Of a stretch of DNA of 64,000 nucleotides, positions 1 through 8,262 are shown in pieces (within the stretch, counting starts at the first letter, position 1; each line of letters starts with the position of its first letter). The translations under genes and the position numbers were made by a program. The notes below the pieces were generated by a model. It saw nothing but the letters and a program-made list of their open reading frames with translations. It was not told the DNA's origin and did not search any database. The DNA is taken from contig OY762492.1 in NCBI GenBank assembly GCA_963665845.2, forward strand, positions 256,001 to 320,000. The letters run 5' to 3'. The stretch comes from Candidatus Poribacteria bacterium. Its GTDB lineage: Bacteria > Poribacteria > WGA-4E > GCA-2687025.

Positions 1-14
1 GGCTTCCTTTCCTT

Positions 15-1016
15 TTAAACGTCCCCGTCGTCCAGCATCGTCTGGAGCGGGTAATGGTCAAGTTCCAGCGGGCAGCTCAAACGGCGATGCAGCCGAGACG
101 ACTCCATGAACCCAAGCAGCAGCTCAAGAACGGCGCGCCCGTTGCGCCCGCTTGAGCGCGGATCGCGGTCGTTTTCAATCGCGTCGATCAGGTCGGCGAC
201 GGGGGCGGAATTCCCCTGGGTATGCGGCGCTTCCCATTCGCCGCCCGTTTGAGCCGAGCGGTACCGTATCGCGGGGCCGCCTGGGCGGGACAGCTCCATT
301 TCGCCGTCCGTTCCGTAGATAAAGATGTGATGGTACCCGCCGCGCGAGACGCTTCCCGCCTCAATGAAACCCCAGATGCCGTTGTTGTGTTTCCAGTAGC
401 CGATGGAGTCTTGAACGATGGGAATGCCGAACCGCGCCCCGGCTCCGCCGCGGTGGATCTGACCCATGATCCATTCGGCGGGCGCGTCGCCGGCGAACCA
501 GCGCATCAGATCGACCGTATGGGTCGCGTTGTCCATCAGGTCGCCGCCTCGGCAATGCCCGTGGATATGCGTCACATCGCCGACCGCTCCCCCCTCTAGA
601 AGCGACGCGACGCCTGTATACGGCGCGTGAAACCGCAGCTGATGCCCGACGGCGAGCTTCGTTCCGTTGGCGTCCGCGGCGGCGATCATCTCATCCGCCT
701 CTTTGAGCGTGTCCGACATCGGCTTCTCGCAAATGACCCCCTTCGCGCCCGCCTCCGCCGCGGCGATGCTGATCGGTCCATGCAGCGGTATCCATGTGCA
801 GACGCTGACAAGGTCAATGCCTTCGTTCTCCAGCATCTTCTGGTAGTCGGTGTAATGCGCCTTGACGCCGTACCGCTCCTCATACACATCCATCGGTTCT
901 TGGCGGATGTCCGCGCAGGCGGCAAGCTCCACATTTTCATGCCGATGGTATTGCGAGGCGTGGCTGTGCGACATGCCGCCGCATCCGACGACCGCGGCTC
1001 TGTAGGTTCTGCTCAT
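15..1016 (-). CDS. Gfo/Idh/MocA family oxidoreductase
   Basis: N-terminal VVGCGGMS Rossmann motif, CEKPM motif, GHQLRF. Confidence 0.9.
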   Translation of the reverse strand: MSRTYRAAVVGCGGMSHSHASQYHRHENVELAACADIRQEPMDVYEERYGVKAHYTDYQKMLENEGIDLVSVCTWIPLHGPISIAAAEAGAKGVICEKPMSDTLKEADEMIAAADANGTKLAVGHQLRFHAPYTGVASLLEGGAVGDVTHIHGHCRGGDLMDNATHTVDLMRWFAGDAPAEWIMGQIHRGGAGARFGIPIVQDSIGYWKHNNGIWGFIEAGSVSRGGYHHIFIYGTDGEMELSRPGGPAIRYRSAQTGGEWEAPHTQGNSAPVADLIDAIENDRDPRSSGRNGRAVLELLLGFMESSRLHRRLSCPLELDHYPLQTMLDDGDV

Positions 1017-1128
1017 GAGCGTATCTCCATGCTGGGCGAATGGCGGGCGGTTTCAATTTTGCCCGCATACGATTTAGAGGTTATACTTACCACAGACGAG
1101 CGATTTTTTCTATGAAAGGAACGACTGC

Positions 1129-1596
1129 ATGACCGATCAGGAACGGCGCGACGCGATCATCGAAGGCTTGAAAGAAGCGTACTGGAGCGAAGTTGAAACG
1201 GCGCTCAACTTTATCGCCCACTCAACCAACCTGGACGGGGTGCGCGCGGAGGAGATCAAGCAGTCGCTCGCGGCAGATGTGACGGAAGAGATCGGCCATT
1301 CGCAGACGCTCGCGACGCGCATCAAGCAGCTCGGAGGCAGCGTTCCAGGGTCGATGGAGTTTGCGCCGACGCAGACGTCGCTCCAGCCGGTAGAAGACAC
1401 TACGGACGTCGTCTCCTCCATCAAAGGCGTCATCGACGCTGAAAATCAAGCGATCTCCGTCTACAACCGCATCATCAAGCTGTGCGACGGGTTCGACTAT
1501 GTGACGCAAGACATGTGCATCGCGATTTTGGCGGACGAGGAAGAGCATCGAACGCTGTTTGAGGGCTTTTTAAAGGAGTATGAGCGGCGGTCATAA
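1129..1596 (+). CDS. Ferritin-like (bacterioferritin/Dps/rubrerythrin-like) diiron protein
   Basis: 155 aa with EEIGH and DEEEH ExxH ligands; AAGGAA RBS upstream. Confidence 0.85.
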   Translation: MTDQERRDAIIEGLKEAYWSEVETALNFIAHSTNLDGVRAEEIKQSLAADVTEEIGHSQTLATRIKQLGGSVPGSMEFAPTQTSLQPVEDTTDVVSSIKGVIDAENQAISVYNRIIKLCDGFDYVTQDMCIAILADEEEHRTLFEGFLKEYERRS

Positions 1597-1629
1597 ACCG
1601 ATCCGCGGATCGGTTTATGACCGCCGCTC
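1582..1629. repeat. Perfect 48-bp palindrome over the ferritin gene stop codon (possible terminator)
   Basis: gagcggcggtcataaaccgatccg followed directly by its exact reverse complement. Confidence 0.85.
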
Positions 1630-1634
1630 CTTCT

Positions 1635-2186
1635 GTCATTCCCGCGCAAGCGGGAATCTTAAGGCATCGCAGAAACCGTCCGCGTTCACCCCAAGCGTCC
1701 GGCGGCCCAAATCGTCATTCCCGCCCCTGCGGTAAAACGTGCGGGAATCCAGAGTCCGCCTCGAAACCGTCGGCGTTCGCATGCCCACATGCGCCAACTA
1801 AAGACGTAAGGTTAGCGATGCGCTGGTTGCCTTGATTAAAGGCGCGTGGCATAATTTTAAGTCAGCGTGGGCGGCTTGTCCGCTTATTCGGCATGGATCA
1901 CAGATAAAATTGGAGAATTGCAGAAGCGAAGAGAGGGCGGCTAATGCGCGACGACGATAGAATTCTGCGCGACGTTGAAAAAACCTCTGAACAGACGCTC
2001 CCGCAGAAAAAACCCCCAGCCCCCTTTTCAAGGGGGGAGTTCTGACCTTACGCCTAAAGTTGGGACATCCCGGCATGGAAACGCGGACGGTTTCGGGGTG
2101 GACTCTGGATTCCCGCTTACGCGGGAATGACGACCGGCGGCGCCGACGCTTTAGGGTCAAAATGAAGTTCATCGCATGGTCGTACC
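1635..2186. repeat. Cluster of modular intergenic palindromic repeats (modules A, B, C)
   Basis: A = GTCATTCCCGC..GCGGGAATC at 1635, 1714 and 2108 (rev); B = CTGACCTTACGTCTTWAGTTGGGACAT at about 1790 (rev) and 2042; C = CCCCCTT..AAGGGGG at about 2011-2040. Confidence 0.85.
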
Positions 2187-2259
2187 ACCCCGCTAAAACT
2201 TTTCTTGCCTTTTGCGTCCGACGGCGTTAGCATGATTTATTGTGACGCAGAATGATGAT

Positions 2260-2336
2260 CGGGGCGTAGCGCAGTCCGGTAGCGCACCTGCTTCGGGAGC
2301 AGGGGGTCGGTGGTTCAAATCCACTCGCCCCGACCA
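2260..2336 (+). tRNA. tRNA-Pro(CGG)
   Basis: CGGGGCG/CGCCCCG acceptor stem, anticodon arm CCTGC-TTCGGGA-GCAGG, GGTTCAAATCC T-arm, encoded CCA. Confidence 0.97.
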
Positions 2337-2343
2337 TCCTTTC

Positions 2344-4056
2344 ATGCGCCTGTGGAGCCGCTTCGGCGCGGCGTTGACGCTGATTCTGATTGCGGCATCC
2401 TCCTTTGCGGTCAAGCTGCGCCATCTCGGCCATGCCGCCGTCACCTACTGGGACGAGTCGTTCCATGCGCTTGTCGCCAAAAACCTGCTGAAACACCCGC
2501 TCAAACCGACGCTCATCGACATTCCGTATCTGCCGTACGATTTCAAATCATGGGGCGCGAACCATGTCTGGCTCCATAAACCGATACTGCCGATGTGGAC
2601 GATCGCGCTCTCCTATGCGGCGTTCGGGACGACCGCGTTTGCGCTGCGCCTCCCGTCCGCGCTGTTGAGCGTCGGCGCCCTCGTCTTAACCTACATGATC
2701 GGCGCCGAGCTGTTGGATAAGCGCGCCGGTCTGATCGCCGCCGCCCTGCAGGGATTCGCGCCCGTCTTCACCGAGCTGACGCACGGGTACCTTTACAGCG
2801 ACCATATCGACATCGCGCTGCTGTTCTGGACAGAGCTGGGGGTGTACTTTGTCGCGCGGGCGGTTCGGACAGGGAAAATGCGCGACGCCGCCCTCGCCGG
2901 CGCCGCTCAAGGTTTGGCGTACCTCTCCAAAAGCTATCTCGCCGCCATCGTTTTGGGCGTCGCGCTGACCGCATGGCTGCTGCCGTATGTACGCCTCGGC
3001 GACATCGAAAAAATGCGCCTGCGCGGCAAACATCTGCTGGTCTTAATCGGCTGCACCATCGTTGTCGTAACGCCTTGGACGCTGTTTTGCATACTCCAAT
3101 ATCCGAACGAATTTTGGCATGAGCATGAGTATGTTTGGCGGCATCTCAACAGCGACATCGAAAAGTGGGGCGCGCCGTGGGACCGGCTCATGTTCGATTA
3201 TGCGATCCGCATGGCGCATGTGTTTTACACGCCGGCGATCGTCGCATGCGTCGGCATGTTCTGGCGCGCCTACTCGGAGAAGGACGGCAAATTATGGCTC
3301 GTTCTCGCATGGGGATTCGGCGTTGTCGTTCCGCATGTCCTGTCGCAGACGAAAACGCCCTCCGCGACCGCCTTTGGCATGCCCGCCTTTTATCTGATCC
3401 TCGGCATGCTCATGTCGAATGCGTTCAAGGGGCGGCGCTGGGAGCTGTTTTTATGGATCGGCATTTCGATCTTATGCCTTGTCCTGCCGCCGTCGATACC
3501 GACCTACTGGGGGCGCGGCTATGCGAACCCGCCCGCGTTCGGCGCGATCATGCGAACGCAGCTGTGGGTCGTCTGGCATGCGGCGGGCGCGTTGTTGATT
3601 GCGGGCGCGTTGGCTCTCGGCGCGCGGCTGTTTCAAAAGCGGGCGGCGCATCTCTCCGCGGCGGCGTTCTGCGCGGCGGTGACGCTGTTTTTAGGCTGGC
3701 AGATGGGGCAGGCAAACTGGGCGGTCGTGGAGCGGAACCGAATGGAGCCGACCTTCAGCGACATTGCCGACTTTACCCGCGAGAGCCTCCCTGAAAACGC
3801 GGTTCTGCTGTTTGAATACGACGATGAAAAGAAAAACTACGGCGAGCATCAACTGACCAACCTGCTGCTCGACAAAACATGCTACAAATACGACAACCAA
3901 GATTACGAGTCGAAAGCGGTACAGATTGTCGAAGCCGATGGCGTTCCGTATATCGTCACGTTTCGGGAGCTGCCGCTGCCGGTTGAGTTCCACAGCGAGC
4001 GGTACGACCGTACGATCTACCGCTGGGAGCCTGGCGGTAAAGAAAAAGAGGAGTAG
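2344..4056 (+). CDS. ArnT/PMT-like GT-C glycosyltransferase (family 39-like), multi-pass membrane protein
   Basis: WDESFH, HKPILPMW and FALRLPSAL motifs; many TM segments; start moved to the ATG after the tRNA. Confidence 0.85.
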   Translation: MRLWSRFGAALTLILIAASSFAVKLRHLGHAAVTYWDESFHALVAKNLLKHPLKPTLIDIPYLPYDFKSWGANHVWLHKPILPMWTIALSYAAFGTTAFALRLPSALLSVGALVLTYMIGAELLDKRAGLIAAALQGFAPVFTELTHGYLYSDHIDIALLFWTELGVYFVARAVRTGKMRDAALAGAAQGLAYLSKSYLAAIVLGVALTAWLLPYVRLGDIEKMRLRGKHLLVLIGCTIVVVTPWTLFCILQYPNEFWHEHEYVWRHLNSDIEKWGAPWDRLMFDYAIRMAHVFYTPAIVACVGMFWRAYSEKDGKLWLVLAWGFGVVVPHVLSQTKTPSATAFGMPAFYLILGMLMSNAFKGRRWELFLWIGISILCLVLPPSIPTYWGRGYANPPAFGAIMRTQLWVVWHAAGALLIAGALALGARLFQKRAAHLSAAAFCAAVTLFLGWQMGQANWAVVERNRMEPTFSDIADFTRESLPENAVLLFEYDDEKKNYGEHQLTNLLLDKTCYKYDNQDYESKAVQIVEADGVPYIVTFRELPLPVEFHSERYDRTIYRWEPGGKEKEE

Positions 4057-4065
4057 GAGAGCGCG

Positions 4066-5061
4066 TTGATTCGTACCTTGCTGATTGGCGCTGGACGGGC
4101 GGGGCATTTCCATGCGGCGAATTTAAACCGCTCGGATCGATTTGAGCCTGTATGCGTCGCGGATCTGGCGGAAGAAAAGGCGTCCGCGCTGGCGGAGACG
4201 CTCGGATGTCCATACGCCCTGGACGCCGAAGAGGCGCTTGATCAATACCGCCCCGACGCGGTCATCGTCGCGTCAACAACCTATACGCATGCGGCGTTGA
4301 CGCTAGCGGCGCTGAAACATGGCGCGCATGTTTTATGCGAAAAGCCGCTTGGCGGCATGGAGGACATCCGCGCGTGTTACGCCGCCGCGCGTCAGGCGGG
4401 CAGGACGCTTCTGGTCGCGTTCAACCGCCGATTCGATCCTGAATACAGGGAGCTGCGGCGTCAACTGAACGGCGCCGTTCCGCAGATTGCGAAGATCACA
4501 TCGCGCGATTCGCCGATACCTTCCAAGGCGTATCTCGCTCAAAGCGGCGGCATCGTGTCGGACTGCGCCGTCCATGACATCGACATGTCGAACTGGATGA
4601 TGGGCGGCGCCGATGGGTACGCGGTTCCAGTGGAGGCGTATGCAACGGGCTATACGCATCATCCCGACCTGAAAGCATGGGGGGAGGTGGAAGGCATGGC
4701 GCTGACGATGCGGTATGCGGACGGACGGCTCGCGCTGATCGATGCGTCGCGGACATGCGTCTTTGGATATGACCAGCGCGCCGAGCTGTTTGGAACCTTC
4801 GGGATGCTTCAAATGCGGAATCGGCTTGAATCGACCGTCGCCAGCTTTGGAAAAGACGGGGCGGCGCTCTCCAAACCGCTCTATTCGTTTCCAGAACGGT
4901 ACGCCGACTCATACAGGCTGGAGCTGGAACATTTTGCGGACGCGGCGGAAGGCAAAGCGCCGTGCGAGATAGAAGAAGCGCATGTCCTGGCATGCGAAGC
5001 GGCGGTCAAGGCGGCGGAAAGGTCGCTGGAGAGCGGCAAGCCTGAACCTGTATCGCTTTAA
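4066..5061 (+). CDS. Inositol 2-dehydrogenase-like Gfo/Idh/MocA oxidoreductase
   Basis: IGAGRAG, CEKP, FNRRFDP, SGG..D.AVHDID, GYDQRAE and F.ERYADSY motifs typical of IolG-like enzymes. Confidence 0.85.
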   Translation: MIRTLLIGAGRAGHFHAANLNRSDRFEPVCVADLAEEKASALAETLGCPYALDAEEALDQYRPDAVIVASTTYTHAALTLAALKHGAHVLCEKPLGGMEDIRACYAAARQAGRTLLVAFNRRFDPEYRELRRQLNGAVPQIAKITSRDSPIPSKAYLAQSGGIVSDCAVHDIDMSNWMMGGADGYAVPVEAYATGYTHHPDLKAWGEVEGMALTMRYADGRLALIDASRTCVFGYDQRAELFGTFGMLQMRNRLESTVASFGKDGAALSKPLYSFPERYADSYRLELEHFADAAEGKAPCEIEEAHVLACEAAVKAAERSLESGKPEPVSL

Positions 5062-5067
5062 TGCGCC

Positions 5068-5146
5068 TGTCCGCCCATGCGGAATTTCATTTGATTCTAA
5101 AGCGTCCGCGCCGCTGGTCGTCATTCCCGCGTAAGCGGGAATCTTA
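5068..5146. repeat. Intergenic repeat (module A plus flank), reverse-complement homologue of 2105-2186
   Basis: ctaaagcgtccgcgccgctggtcgtcattcccgcgtaagcgggaatc. Confidence 0.8.
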
Positions 5147-5206
5147 AAAGACAGATCATCCGATCAAACGCCATCGCCGCGAATATCTTTGTATGAGCGT
5201 ACTACC

Positions 5207-5575
5207 TTAATGCGCCTCGTCCGCCTTCGTTTCGACCTGCGTTTCAGGGAATGTCCAGCCGCCTTTGTCCACCTCCGTGATGTCCGCCATGATCAGAAAA
5301 AAGAAGATGCCGACAAAGATGATAGGGGAAAAGGCGAGCAGCGCGACCAGCGGCTTCTCGTACTTAATGTGCATATAATACAGCGCGACGCCCGCCGCCT
5401 TGGCGACCGCGGTCAGCATCATCAGGACGACCAGCAGCCAGCGCGGCTCCGGCAAAACGGACGGTATCGCCAGCTCAATCACGGTGAAAACGGCGAGCGC
5501 GACCAGCACCTTCCAGTAGGCGGCGTCATGCGATTCGTGCGGCGTGTGATCTTCGGCGTGTTGCGGTTCGCTCAT
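5207..5575 (-). CDS. Cytochrome c oxidase subunit IV family protein
   Basis: Three TM helices, KA..VALYYMHIKYE motif, directly downstream of the subunit III domain. Confidence 0.85.
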   Translation of the reverse strand: MSEPQHAEDHTPHESHDAAYWKVLVALAVFTVIELAIPSVLPEPRWLLVVLMMLTAVAKAAGVALYYMHIKYEKPLVALLAFSPIIFVGIFFFLIMADITEVDKGGWTFPETQVETKADEAH

Positions 5576-5586
5576 GGCGCTTGCCC

Positions 5587-7203
5587 CTAAATGAGATAAA
5601 TGATCGTGAAGAGAATGATCCAGACAAGGTCGACGAAATGCCAGTACAGCCCCGTCATCTCAACGGTGTTGTGGCTCGTCGGGGTGTAGACGCCGCGCAA
5701 GCCCTGCACAAAAACCCAGATCAGCGCGATCACGCCGATAGACACGTGCGCCCCGTGAAAGCCGGTGAGCGTGTAAAAGACGCTCCAGAACATATCCTCG
5801 CTCGGCAGATGCTTCGCTAAGAAATGGTTCCATTCATACGCCTGCAAGCCGACGAAGGTGGCGCCGAACAGGACGGTCAGCGCAAAATACAGCTTGAACT
5901 TGCCCATGCGCCCCTGCTGCAGCCCCGACAGCCCCATCACAAGCGAGACGCTGCTCATGATCAGTATGAAGGTCATGACGGCGGTCAAGCCGAGGCTCAG
6001 CCGCTCGCTTGGGTCGGGCCAGTCGGGCGTCGCGTTTCTCAACACAACATAGGCGCCGATGAGACCCGTAAAGAACATGACCTCCGTAGCGAGAAAGACC
6101 CACATGCCGAACTTGGCATGCGGCACGCCCGTATTCGGGACAGGGTGATCGTAATGGCGCAGCAGGAACTCCGCCTCTTTTTCAGGCTTGACCGCTTCCA
6201 CTTGAGAGGCGTAGGCGGCCGTTTCGGCGTTGAACGGAATCGGCTCCATGTCGAAGTCGCGGAAAAAGGCAGTTTCTAAACAGACATTGCCCTCCAGCAG
6301 CATGTCCAGCTGATCATGCGAGAGAGGCAGCAGGCTGCGGATTCCCGGCAGGCTTAGCAGGATATGTATCATGAACGCGGGGACGACCGCTTTCCAGCGC
6401 GGCTTTTGACGCCCTGAAGCGGCGGTGAGAATGTCCAGCATTTCGCCCCAGCGGAACCGCTCGCGCCCGCCCGCCTCGTAGGTCATGTTGCGCGCGGCGG
6501 GCAGATCAACCGACTGCGCGATGGCGTCCGACAGGTTTTCGACAGAAACAGGCTGCAGCTCAAACGTAGAGCCTTCCGACGCGAGCGCGCTTTGCCACTT
6601 TTTAGCGAACGGGAACATGCTTTTGACCAGCTCCGCCAGCGTCGGCAGCCCCGCCTTGAACAGCGGCAGCGGCGCGAGCGGGATACCAAGCAGGTCGCGC
6701 GTCAGTTGAGAAGCGAATTCGGGCTGCCCCGCCTCCGGACGCCCGAAGACGACAGAGGGGCGGAAGATCGTATACTCCAGCCCGCTTTCTTTTAGGTATT
6801 CTTCCGCTTCGTATTTTGTCCATTGGTATGCGGAGACAGCCGTCTTTCTTGATTTGACGCCGTTGGCGCTCATCAAGACGAAACGGGAGACGCCCGCTTT
6901 TTTCGCCTCGTCAATGACATTCTTGGCGCCTTCAAGGTGGATGCGCTCAAAGGTGACGCCTTTTTCGGGGCGTTCCTGAATGATGCCGACAAGGTGGACG
7001 ACCGCGTCGCACCCATCCATCGCGCCGTCCAGCGATTCGGGGTCGTTGATGTCGCCGGCGGCCGTCTCGACGTCCGGCATATCCGCCAGCTTGTCTTCGC
7101 TGCCGGGGCGCGTCAAGGCGCGTATTTCATGCCCGGCTTCCGACAGCTTGCGCAGCGTGTACCGCCCGATGAAGCCTGTCGCGCCGGTCACAAACACTTT
7201 CAT
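5587..7203 (-). CDS. Fusion of an NDUFA9-like atypical SDR (NAD(P)-binding) and cytochrome c oxidase subunit III
   Basis: N-term VTGATGFIG, HLVGII, YQWTK, RPSVVFG; C-term GMWVFLATEVMFF, TGFHGAHV, YWHFVDLVWI. Confidence 0.85.
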   Translation of the reverse strand: MKVFVTGATGFIGRYTLRKLSEAGHEIRALTRPGSEDKLADMPDVETAAGDINDPESLDGAMDGCDAVVHLVGIIQERPEKGVTFERIHLEGAKNVIDEAKKAGVSRFVLMSANGVKSRKTAVSAYQWTKYEAEEYLKESGLEYTIFRPSVVFGRPEAGQPEFASQLTRDLLGIPLAPLPLFKAGLPTLAELVKSMFPFAKKWQSALASEGSTFELQPVSVENLSDAIAQSVDLPAARNMTYEAGGRERFRWGEMLDILTAASGRQKPRWKAVVPAFMIHILLSLPGIRSLLPLSHDQLDMLLEGNVCLETAFFRDFDMEPIPFNAETAAYASQVEAVKPEKEAEFLLRHYDHPVPNTGVPHAKFGMWVFLATEVMFFTGLIGAYVVLRNATPDWPDPSERLSLGLTAVMTFILIMSSVSLVMGLSGLQQGRMGKFKLYFALTVLFGATFVGLQAYEWNHFLAKHLPSEDMFWSVFYTLTGFHGAHVSIGVIALIWVFVQGLRGVYTPTSHNTVEMTGLYWHFVDLVWIILFTIIYLI

Positions 7204-7292
7204 ATCGTCCGCTCCGTCGTTTCAAATCCAGCCCGTGTTGAGCCGAATAGAAGGATAACCGATGCCGCCTCGGAATGCAACCTGCTGATTCT

Positions 7293-7340
7293 TTGACCTT
7301 ACATCTTAAGTTGGGACATGCCGGCGGGCGGACGCGGACA
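7293..7340. repeat. Module B repeat copy
   Basis: tgaccttacatcttaagttgggacatgccggc. Confidence 0.75.
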
Positions 7341-7422
7341 GCCTACGCATGTTGACGCCCGCCTCAATAAACGGTATTCTCTTCAAGCGCATCGGAAAAT
7401 TATCAAAGCGGGAAGGACGCGC

Positions 7423-8262
7423 GTGGCTCAAAAATACACTCGTCAACAAATGCTCGACCGCCTGCATGCCCAGCTGAAAGAAGGCAAAGCTCTCATCGGC
7501 GCCGGCGCCGGAACAGGCATCTCCGCTAAATTCATTGAACGCGGCGGAGCCGACTTTATTATCATTTACAACTCTGGGCGGTTCCGGATGGCGGGCGTCG
7601 CCTCGCCTGCCGGGCTGCTCGCATACGGCAACGCAAACGACATCATGATGGAGATGGGCGAACGGGAAGTGCTGCCGATTGCGCGGGAAATACCGGTCAT
7701 TGCCGGCGTGAACGGCTCCGACCCGACGCGCGAAATGGAACCGTTTTTGCGCAAGGTGAACGCGCTCAACTTCACCGGCGTCAACAACTTTCCAACCGTC
7801 GGCGCCTTCGACGGCGAATTCCGCATCACCCTAGAGGAGGTCGGCCTCGGATACTACACCGAAGTGGAAATGATACGGCTCGCGCATGAGCAGGACATGT
7901 TCACCATCCCTTACGTTTACGATGAACAGCAGGCGCGCGACATGACCAACGCCGGCGCAGACGCGCTCATCGCCCATGTCGGCACCACGACCGGCGGAAG
8001 CATCGGCGCCCGCACCGCTGTAACGCATGACGAAGCGGCTGACATCACGCGCCGTATCTTAGAAGCGGCGCGCGAGATTCGAGAAGAGGTTCTGATCTTG
8101 ACCCACGGCGGACCGACCGAAACCCCCGGCGATGTCCAGTATATCATCGAGAAATCGGGCGCGGACGGATTTGTCGGCGCCTCCACGATTGAGCGGTTAG
8201 CGACCGAGCCGGCGATCAAGGCGCGGACCGAAGAGCTGAAACAGGTTCGCGTTTCCTCTTGA
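7423..8262 (+). CDS. TIM-barrel (PEP hydrolase / Tm-1-like signal transduction) family protein
   Basis: GAGAGTGISAK, YNSGRFRMAG, NNFPTVG, HGGP, GFVGAS..ER; GTG start after GGAAGGA. Confidence 0.85.
   Translation: MAQKYTRQQMLDRLHAQLKEGKALIGAGAGTGISAKFIERGGADFIIIYNSGRFRMAGVASPAGLLAYGNANDIMMEMGEREVLPIAREIPVIAGVNGSDPTREMEPFLRKVNALNFTGVNNFPTVGAFDGEFRITLEEVGLGYYTEVEMIRLAHEQDMFTIPYVYDEQQARDMTNAGADALIAHVGTTTGGSIGARTAVTHDEAADITRRILEAAREIREEVLILTHGGPTETPGDVQYIIEKSGADGFVGASTIERLATEPAIKARTEELKQVRVSS

Noticed and set aside
1635-2186. Possible CRISPR array in the repeat clusters
   Set aside because: Repeats are inverted, irregularly spaced and dispersed; there is no repeat-spacer periodicity and no cas gene.
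2242-2343. N-terminal extension of the glycosyltransferase ORF
   Set aside because: It runs through tRNA-Pro, so the ATG at 2344 is more plausible.
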